Under the pieces are notes generated by a model. That model saw nothing but the letters and a program-made list of their open reading frames with translations. It was not told the DNA's origin and ran no database searches. A DNA stretch of 64,000 nucleotides from Candidatus Poribacteria bacterium (GTDB lineage Bacteria > Poribacteria > WGA-4E > WGA-3G), in the NCBI GenBank assembly GCA_965242965.1, contig OZ251518.1:2752001-2816000 (forward strand), in the 5' to 3' direction. A program made the translations under genes and the position numbers. Positions 53,050 through 60,617 of the stretch are shown in pieces. Position 1 is the first letter of the stretch, and each line of letters opens with the position of its first letter.

Positions 53050-54153
53050 TTGAAATATCATCATTGGGTCAGCTACCTCATCTGCCTTCTATCCGTTTGG
53101 TGCGGGGTTGCCTCGGCTGCAAACACCACAGCGGCGGCAGACCGGTTTCTCAAACAATTGCTCAGTGCTGAGCACCACGGCATGGGCGGCAGTTTCGTCG
53201 GCGTGACCCGGGGCGCGAATGCCCTCGGCAGTAATCCTGCAGGCATTAGCGTTGCGGAGGGGAGTCGGTTTGCCATTCATGCGCGCCGTTTTCCGCGCAC
53301 CATCGCGACAATCTCAAGGCGAGATGCGCTATCGGCTAACGTCTACAACGACGATAGGCAGTATGAACAGCGCGCCGGCGGCATTCAGACGTTGAACTGG
53401 GCATTTCCGATGGGAGCGGCTGGCACGCTCGGCTTGGGCTTCGCATTCGCGCAAGAGGGTGCGTTTCGCCGCGTCAATCATGAAGGAACGGCTCTCAACA
53501 GCTTTCCAGAAAACAACATCGCGCTCGGACTCAGTTACGGTATCCACCTCTTCGGCGGCACTGGGATAGGGTTTGATGCGAAGTGGCTGCGCTCCAAAGT
53601 CGCCGATGCCGCTGGCAATGAACACCTGGGGCACGGCTATGCCTATAACGTCGGCATTATCCAGCAGCTCGGCGATGCCATTCAGGTTGGGGTTGTGGTG
53701 CGGAATTTGAGCAACGGGTTGTCGTTTTCCGATACAACTATCCCGCGTGCAATGCAACGCGATGTCGTCGCCGGTATCGCCTATCGCCGTCAGATTTCAG
53801 ATGTCGCTTTCCGCATTGGACTTGATGCGCATCCCCCGTTTCGCGACGGTATCCGAGCGAATCTCGGGGCTGAAGTGTGGTATCGCGAACGCATCGGTTG
53901 CAGCATCGGCTACCTGCGCGACACTGAGAAGCGTTATGCTTCCGTGCTCATCCTAGACACAGAGACTTTTGAAACAGAGGAGCGGCTCTGGAAAGCGGAA
54001 GGGGTGTGTTTCGGGCTCGGTGTGAGATTTGGCAGTCTAATAGTGAACGCCGCCTATACGCCACAATTCACCCCCATCGCGGCGGAGGACGAACGCGTCC
54101 ATATTGCCCAAGGCGAAGCAAATTATACGTTCTCAATCGGGCAAGTTTTTTAA
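53050..54153 (+). CDS. PorV/PorQ (FadL-like) family outer-membrane beta-barrel
   Basis: Signal peptide; GMGGSFVG...ALGSNPAGI N-terminal motif; alternating beta strands; terminal Phe. Confidence 0.7.
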   Translation: MKYHHWVSYLICLLSVWCGVASAANTTAAADRFLKQLLSAEHHGMGGSFVGVTRGANALGSNPAGISVAEGSRFAIHARRFPRTIATISRRDALSANVYNDDRQYEQRAGGIQTLNWAFPMGAAGTLGLGFAFAQEGAFRRVNHEGTALNSFPENNIALGLSYGIHLFGGTGIGFDAKWLRSKVADAAGNEHLGHGYAYNVGIIQQLGDAIQVGVVVRNLSNGLSFSDTTIPRAMQRDVVAGIAYRRQISDVAFRIGLDAHPPFRDGIRANLGAEVWYRERIGCSIGYLRDTEKRYASVLILDTETFETEERLWKAEGVCFGLGVRFGSLIVNAAYTPQFTPIAAEDERVHIAQGEANYTFSIGQVF

Positions 54154-54161
54154 TTTTGTTA

Positions 54162-54758
54162 ATGATGAATGACGATTATAGAACGGTGGCAGGCATTGCC
54201 AACGCCAAACATAGCGTCAAAAAATCGCGATTCTTCGGTGAGGCGACAGCGGTAGATAGCACAGCAGCAGTGAAAATGTTTCTTGGCGAAGTGCGGGAAC
54301 GGTATCGCAAGGCATCGCACTACTGCTACGCTTACAGCATCGGCAGTGGCGCGGAGAAGCGCGACTATGCCACCGATGCCGGTGAACCGACGCATTCAGC
54401 GGGGCCACCTATCCTTGCCGCGATTCAGGCGAACCAATTGTCTAATACGCTCTGTGTCGTTACGCGATATTACGGTGGTATCAACCTCGGCGTTGGCGGG
54501 TTAATTCGGGCTTACGGACGGTGCGCGCGGGAATGCCTCCAAAACGCCACTATTGAAACGCGTATCGCATATCAGGAGTTGCAGTTCAAGGTGTCTTATG
54601 CGCACATCGGCACTGTCGTGAACCGATGCAAACGCATAGGAGGCGAGGTTCTCAAGATTGACTATACCCCAAAGCCGCTCCTCACGTTGCGTATCCCGCG
54701 AAGCGCGGTGGGAACGTTGCAATCACAACTGCAAAGCATTGCAAACCGTGTGCAGTAG
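54162..54758 (+). CDS. yigZ: YigZ/IMPACT family protein
   Basis: KKSRF, ASHYCYAY, DAGEP..SAG, VTRYYGGINLGVGGLIRAY. Confidence 0.9.
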   Translation: MMNDDYRTVAGIANAKHSVKKSRFFGEATAVDSTAAVKMFLGEVRERYRKASHYCYAYSIGSGAEKRDYATDAGEPTHSAGPPILAAIQANQLSNTLCVVTRYYGGINLGVGGLIRAYGRCARECLQNATIETRIAYQELQFKVSYAHIGTVVNRCKRIGGEVLKIDYTPKPLLTLRIPRSAVGTLQSQLQSIANRVQ

Positions 54759-54881
54759 GAGGGACATCATCTCACGCGTCTCTGGCGATGCATCGTCTTT
54801 GCATTGCAAACCGTGTGCAGTAGGAGGGACATCCCTGTCCCGATACCTTGCAATCACAACTGCAAAGCATTGCAAACCCTG

Positions 54882-55853
54882 TCAGGCGGAAGTCCGCGTT
54901 GCAATAAAAACGCGTCGAACGAGGTTCTGCTTAGGCACCGGAATAATCTTCTCAATCCGATAACCGGCATCCGCCAGCGGTTGACGCATATCGCGAATAT
55001 CAATCAACCCGATTTTGGGGGCGCAGTACCGCAGGTTCGCCAAAATCGCTGCATCCCGAAAGGTATCTTTGACAAGGGCAATGCCGTAGGGCAAATCTGT
55101 GGCAATGGCACTGAATTTACCACGAATCTCTCGCGCATCGCCTAAATGCACCGCTGCGTTGAGTCCAAAATGCGCCAGATTCTTAGTCGTCGCGCCTACC
55201 ATCCGCGGGTTGATGTCGTAACCGAAGGTTTTGATGCCGAGATGCGCGGCGGAAATGACTATCGTGCCTGTGCCGCAACACGGCTCGAGTAACGTGAATT
55301 CGGCATCCGTTGTAGAGGGAGTGTCCGCAACTAAATTGACAAGGCCGCGCGCGAGCCGCGCTGGTAACGAACTAGAAGTCACATGCGGACGTTGGTTATG
55401 CGCCTGCCACGCGCCATCGGATTCGGAGAGGAGCCGCCCGAACCATAACCGCTCTTCGGTAACAACGGTAGGGAAGACAACTTTTGGCTGCGTCAGATTC
55501 GGTTTACCGCCGATGACACCGCCAATTTGTCTGCCGAGTTCCGTGGTGCTTACCTGAAGGTTCCGCGGCTTCTTCACAATAGATACCCGAAACGCATCGG
55601 CGTGTAAATCGGCAGCACGAATTTGCGCGCAAAGTTCCGCTACGCTTGTCGCCTCAAAAAGCACTTCGGTGCAACTCTTGAGATACGCGCCCCGGCGCGC
55701 GTCAACACACATTTCTGAAATGGCGATGCCGTGTGAATCGGGGGTGGATGCCGTTAAGGCAAAGCATTCAGCCGCCACTAATTCCGTGAGGAGGTTTGGC
55801 ATCGCCATGAGATAAAGGTAACTTTGCATTCTTTTGTATCCCGCAATGCGCAC
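54882..55853 (-). CDS. THUMP-containing RNA m2G methyltransferase (Trm11/Trm14/RlmL-like)
   Basis: SLPARLARGLVNL, EPCCGTGT, GYDIN, IATDLPYG. Start uncertain. Confidence 0.75.
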   Translation of the reverse strand: MRIAGYKRMQSYLYLMAMPNLLTELVAAECFALTASTPDSHGIAISEMCVDARRGAYLKSCTEVLFEATSVAELCAQIRAADLHADAFRVSIVKKPRNLQVSTTELGRQIGGVIGGKPNLTQPKVVFPTVVTEERLWFGRLLSESDGAWQAHNQRPHVTSSSLPARLARGLVNLVADTPSTTDAEFTLLEPCCGTGTIVISAAHLGIKTFGYDINPRMVGATTKNLAHFGLNAAVHLGDAREIRGKFSAIATDLPYGIALVKDTFRDAAILANLRYCAPKIGLIDIRDMRQPLADAGYRIEKIIPVPKQNLVRRVFIATRTSA

Positions 55854-55956
55854 GGCACCGGTTACTCGCGCCGATAGCGTTCACTTACCAGGCCGTCTAG
55901 ACGTTTATACCGCGTCGTTGTAAAAATTGCAATTAACCAGCAGAAAGGAACTTTTC

Positions 55957-56793
55957 ATGTCACAACTTGAGAAAATTCGGATTGGACACAGCCCCGATTC
56001 CGATGATGCATTCATGTTTTATGCCCTGGCCAAAGGGCTGATTCCGACTGAACCGTTTGAAATCGTCCACGTCATTGAAGACATTGAGACATTAAACCGG
56101 CGCGCACTTGTCGCTGAGTTGGAAGTCACCGCGATTTCCGTTCATGCTTACGCCTACGTCGCCAACGATTATATTTTCATGCCTTGCGGCGCGAGCATCG
56201 GCGATAGATACGGCCCCCTCGTCGTCTCCAAAGAACCGATGGCCAGCGTCGCCGGCAAGCGCGTCGCCATTCCCGGTGAAATGACAACCGCCTATTTGAC
56301 GATGCGGCTCTACCAACCCAATTTTGAGGCGGTAACATGCCGTTTTGACGAGATTCTCGCGGCAGTCCAGCGCGGCGACGTTGATGCCGGGCTCATCATT
56401 CACGAAGGACAGCTCACCTACGAACGCGAGGGATTCCACAAAATCGTTGACTTAGGAGAGTGGTGGGACGACGAAACCGGTTTGCCGCTCCCTCTCGGCG
56501 CGAACGTCATCCGCCGGAACCTCGGCACCGAGAATATTCAGAAAATCACTGCGTTGCTTAAAGAGAGCATCCAGTATTCGCTAGAGCATCGGGAACGCGG
56601 GCTTGAATACGCAATGCTTTACGCCCGCGACATGGAGACATCCCTCGCCGACCGGTTTGTCGGCATGTATGTGAACCACTACACCCTCGATTACGGTGAA
56701 AAAGGAAAAGCAGGCGTGCGCGAACTGCTCATCCGAGGACACGAAGCAGGTATCATCCCGCACCGCGTGGATGCCGACTTTGTCACGTTGTGA
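55957..56793 (+). CDS. mqnD: 1,4-dihydroxy-6-naphthoate synthase (futalosine menaquinone pathway)
   Basis: GHSPDSDDAFMF, DIETLN, YGP, AIPG..TTA, IIHEGQLTY, DLGEWW..TGLPLPLG, MYVN. Confidence 0.9.
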   Translation: MSQLEKIRIGHSPDSDDAFMFYALAKGLIPTEPFEIVHVIEDIETLNRRALVAELEVTAISVHAYAYVANDYIFMPCGASIGDRYGPLVVSKEPMASVAGKRVAIPGEMTTAYLTMRLYQPNFEAVTCRFDEILAAVQRGDVDAGLIIHEGQLTYEREGFHKIVDLGEWWDDETGLPLPLGANVIRRNLGTENIQKITALLKESIQYSLEHRERGLEYAMLYARDMETSLADRFVGMYVNHYTLDYGEKGKAGVRELLIRGHEAGIIPHRVDADFVTL

Positions 56794-56802
56794 GGAACCC
56801 CC

Positions 56803-57009
56803 ATGGACACAAAACGCCGCAGACAATTCCAATTAGAAGACGCTAACGGTAAAAAACTGGCGACAGGCGTGCTCTATGAAGAAGGGAACGTGCAAATCCT
56901 GTGGCGCGCTGACATCGGCTGGACAGCGGAGCAATACTCCTCTGCAACTCCCCTTTTAAATTTGATGCCGGGGATTGCCGTGCTCCGTCTTTCCGATGCT
57001 GAAAATTAA
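56803..57009 (+). CDS. Small hypothetical protein
   Basis: GAGGA RBS directly after the mqnD stop; protein-like composition. Confidence 0.6.
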   Translation: MDTKRRRQFQLEDANGKKLATGVLYEEGNVQILWRADIGWTAEQYSSATPLLNLMPGIAVLRLSDAEN

Positions 57010-57011
57010 CT

Positions 57012-57378
57012 GAGGGTGTTTTATATTTCGATGCAATACCGTAGGAGAGACCTCCTGGTCTCGCTTGTCCCGTAGCGCGGGGGCCTGTCCCCCGCGAGCG
57101 TTGGATGACGCGAGCGATGGCGAGGGACAGGCCCTCGCCCTACAATCAAGTGCCGTTTTTTTCACCGTAGCGCGGGGGCCTGTCCCCCGCGAACTACGAT
57201 GAAGGGGGTGATTTCTGCCGCCGCGGCCCCGGGAGGCGCGCCGCCCTATTGCATCGAGACCAGAGGTCTCTCCTACCGGAAGAAATCGAGACCAGGAGGT
57301 CTCTCCTACCGGTCCCCGTTTTTTCACCGTATCGCGGGGCCTGTCCCCGCGACGTTGAGCGAGTTATGAAACACCCTC
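57012..57378. mobile_element. MITE-like element with REP cargo (copy F)
   Basis: TIRs GAGGGTGTTTTATA / TATGAAACACCCTC; no clear target duplication. Confidence 0.6.
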
Positions 57379-57405
57379 ACTATAATATCCGCCGACAGCT
57401 CCACC

Positions 57406-57441
57406 GATAGATGGGCAGATTTCTCCATCTGTCCATCTATC
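57406..57441. terminator. 15-bp stem hairpin between convergent genes
   Basis: GATAGATGGGCAGAT-TTCTCC-ATCTGTCCATCTATC, 11 bp beyond the 57453 stop; no U tract. Confidence 0.5.
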
Positions 57442-57452
57442 CATGCCTTCCC

Positions 57453-58343
57453 TTAACGCAACCGCTTGTCTGACAATTTGATAAGTTCGCCACTCTCCTG
57501 CGCGATATACAGATAGCCGAGCCCATCCAAGACAACCCCCTCCTGTTCATCGCCCGGTAAGAGATACCGGCTCAACACCGTTCCATCACGCTTAAGCTCC
57601 ACCAAAAGGTTCGTCGTATCGCTAATCAACACCAAGCAATCTGCGCGCTCATCGTAGGCCAGCCCAGAGATGTCAATGAAGTCCATCCGATGGAAACCGA
57701 CGATAGTCCCCGCTGCCCTTCGCGCCTGCGAAGAGCGCAGCGGCACAACCACTTCACACACAACCGATGGTTCACCGAGCGGTTTCAAACTAAACGACTG
57801 ATTCCCTACCCAAAACGTGCCTCCCTCTGGATGCGATGCGTCCGGCACAAAAACAATCGCCTCGATGCCCATGCCTCCCTTTTTCAGCAGTTGCGTCCCC
57901 TCAAAATCCCGCGCAATCTTGAACTCTCGCCGAACCTCCAACACGCCCGGGTCAAACTCCAGAATCGCCTCCTCATCTTCAACAGCAACATAGAGCATAC
58001 CTGTCGCCGGGTTCACCGTGATGCCCTCCAAATCCCGTCCATTCACCCGTTTCGATTGCACCAGCACGCCATCGGTTGGGTTTACCTCATAGATACTCCC
58101 CGAATCGTCGGCGACAAATAGGCTCCGGCGCATCGGATGATACGTGATCCCCGAAGGTTCAGCAATGTCCGCTTGGCTGATATTGCCCATCCAATGATAG
58201 GGCAGCGCGACGGGACGCGATGCCGCTGTCCGTTCCCTCACAGTCTGTTCTACCGTCACCAGAAAGTAGACGAGGGCGGCACTGAGCCCGATAATCAAAA
58301 TAATCATGAATGCTCGCTTATAAGACATCGAAAAATCCTCCAC
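57453..58343 (-). CDS. SdiA-regulated (YjiK-like) beta-propeller protein, membrane anchored
   Basis: N-terminal TM; EPSGITY, DLEGIT, GIEAI, DISGLAYD, EGVVLD..LYIAQE. Confidence 0.78.
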   Translation of the reverse strand: MEDFSMSYKRAFMIILIIGLSAALVYFLVTVEQTVRERTAASRPVALPYHWMGNISQADIAEPSGITYHPMRRSLFVADDSGSIYEVNPTDGVLVQSKRVNGRDLEGITVNPATGMLYVAVEDEEAILEFDPGVLEVRREFKIARDFEGTQLLKKGGMGIEAIVFVPDASHPEGGTFWVGNQSFSLKPLGEPSVVCEVVVPLRSSQARRAAGTIVGFHRMDFIDISGLAYDERADCLVLISDTTNLLVELKRDGTVLSRYLLPGDEQEGVVLDGLGYLYIAQESGELIKLSDKRLR

Positions 58344-58459
58344 CTTGCATCCGGCTGCTGTCTATGCATACTTTACCACATTTTTCTCGCAGTAGCAAGC
58401 AAAAAATTCTCAAAATCAGAGAGCTCATACCAACTGATAAATCACCGAAAAAAAACTCC

Positions 58460-58488
58460 TTGACAATTTTTTGACATTTTTATATAAT
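58460..58488 (+). promoter_or_regulatory. Perfect-consensus sigma70 promoter upstream of the crystallin-flotillin genes
   Basis: TTGACA-17-TATAAT. Confidence 0.75.
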
Positions 58489-59015
58489 AATCATAATGTC
58501 AGATATAGGGATTTTCGCCGCCCGTAGCGCGGGGGCCTGTCCCCCGCGTTGTCCATCGTCACGATGTGTGTTTCCCCGCTGTAGTTTGTGATCGCCTGAT
58601 CACAAACAGGGCAGGATCCGGCGATCCTGCCCTACAGAGCAGAGCCTGGCGCGCGAACGATGGCGAGGGACAGGCCCTCGCCCTACGGTAACGCACGCCG
58701 TTTTTTCCGTAGGGCGAACGATGGCGAGGGACAGGCCCTCGCCCTACGGTGAGGGGGGGGATTTTCGCCGCCCGTAGCGCGGGGGCCTGTCCCCCGCGAT
58801 CGTTGGATTCCGCGGGCACGCACGATGGCGAGGGAAACCCGCTCGCATGCGCGTGTGGCATCCGAGGGCCCACGCCCTACGATGAAATCGAGACCAGGAG
58901 GTCTCTCCTACAACGAAAATCGCAAAAAAAAATAGGCATGCCCTCGGGTTTTGCGAAGACCCGAGCGTCACAAGGTTCTAGGAACATTATTAACTCATAA
59001 AAAAAGAGACAACTC

Positions 59016-60431
59016 ATGACAAACATGCCCCGGCTCGTCGTTGAAGTCTTTGAACACGTCAATTTTCACGGACGCAAAGTCACACTCACCGACTCCATCC
59101 CCAACACCGCTGAAATTGGCGCGCAAGACATCATTTCGTCAATCAAGATTTACAAAGGCCCTGGGTTCAACGCATCGCCGAACTACAAAGCCGTTTTTCA
59201 CGAACACGAGAACTATCGTGGGCGGCGGCTCGTCCTCGCCCCCGGGTTCTACCCCAACATTCACGAGATACCGTACAACTTCGGGGATGCCATCACGGCG
59301 ATAAGTTTCAGTCCCTCCGCGCATCCCACACCGCCGGAGTATGGCGCAATCCCCGTGATTATTGAAGTCTTCCGCGATGTCGATTTCAGTGGGCAGCGGA
59401 GCGTCATCATGCGCGATGTCAGCTCCATGTTTGACATCGGCATGAACGACACCATTACTTCGATTCGTATCCAGCGCGGACCCAGTTTCCCCTTTCGCGG
59501 GTGTCACGTCATCTTTTATGAACACGTCAATTTTGAAGGGAGGCGGCTGAATCTCAACCTCAGCACACAAGAATTCCAACTCGCTATCCGGAACCTCCGG
59601 TCGCTGCCACATTCACAATCCTTTTCCGACATCATTTCCTCCGTGAAGATTGTGCCGTCCGGTGCCTTCCGCGTCCTCATTGTCGTCGGCGATAACCAGA
59701 CTGAGGAGCCCGCCGTGCTTGAATCGCTCACGACAGTGGAGGGACTAGAATTCCAATTTACCACCGTGCATATCAACGACAATCCAGACAACCATGGTGA
59801 TGCCAACAACGCCGTGAAACTCTCCAGCGTCACGCTGGCAGAATACGATATTATCTGGTTTACTTGGTTCGCGACCGGGCACGATGGCGAATATTTTGTG
59901 GAAGATGCCGACGCGGCAATTCAAGACTTTGTCCGGAAAGGCGGCATCGTCTGGGCATCCGCCATGGATAACAATATCACACCACCTGATGGCGTGCATA
60001 CCACCGAACCCAGTTGGCGCGGCGATTGGCTGCCTGTAGAGCGGCACCCCATCACCGTAGTCAACTCCTCCGATTGCAACGTCAGGATTACAGACGATGG
60101 GAGGAAAACCGGGCTGTTTACTTGGCCGCATAAAATTAATGTCGATACGCTCATTACCGATGATCATTGGGTAACAGACGACCCGAGTTACCGCAAATTG
60201 GCAGTCCGAGAGGACAACGGCGATGCCATCAGCGTGCAGCTGCAGTGGGGTGAAGGCTACTACGTCGCTTTCGCCGTGGACACGGGGGATGCCTTCCGCA
60301 CGGCGATAGCCAAACCGCTTATTGAAAATACCCTCTGTTATTTAGCGAACCTCGCGTGGCAGGCTTCGCCGCGCCAGCCGCTCAAGGGACGATACCGGAC
60401 GCAACAGAGTAGCATGTCCATGTTCCGCTAA
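59016..60431 (+). CDS. Beta/gamma-crystallin repeat protein with C-terminal glutamine-amidotransferase-like (ThuA-like) domain
   Basis: Four Greek-key motifs (FEHVNFHG..ISSIKI; HEHENYRG..ITAISF; FRDVDFSG..ITSIRI; YEHVNFEG..ISSVKI); LAEYDIIWF..IQDFVRKGGIV; no signal peptide. Confidence 0.8.
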   Translation: MTNMPRLVVEVFEHVNFHGRKVTLTDSIPNTAEIGAQDIISSIKIYKGPGFNASPNYKAVFHEHENYRGRRLVLAPGFYPNIHEIPYNFGDAITAISFSPSAHPTPPEYGAIPVIIEVFRDVDFSGQRSVIMRDVSSMFDIGMNDTITSIRIQRGPSFPFRGCHVIFYEHVNFEGRRLNLNLSTQEFQLAIRNLRSLPHSQSFSDIISSVKIVPSGAFRVLIVVGDNQTEEPAVLESLTTVEGLEFQFTTVHINDNPDNHGDANNAVKLSSVTLAEYDIIWFTWFATGHDGEYFVEDADAAIQDFVRKGGIVWASAMDNNITPPDGVHTTEPSWRGDWLPVERHPITVVNSSDCNVRITDDGRKTGLFTWPHKINVDTLITDDHWVTDDPSYRKLAVREDNGDAISVQLQWGEGYYVAFAVDTGDAFRTAIAKPLIENTLCYLANLAWQASPRQPLKGRYRTQQSSMSMFR

Positions 60432-60617
60432 CCTTGAAACCGGTTACCGTAGCGCGGGGGCCTGTCCCCCGCGAATGTGAAGAAACCGTCCGGTTACCGT
60501 AGCGCGGGGGCCTGTCCCCCGCAAACTGCCAACAATCTTGAAACTCAACATCGTAGCGCGGGGGCCTGTCCCCCGCGAGCGTCCAATAACAAACGTCATG
60601 AGAGGAACACTCCAAAA

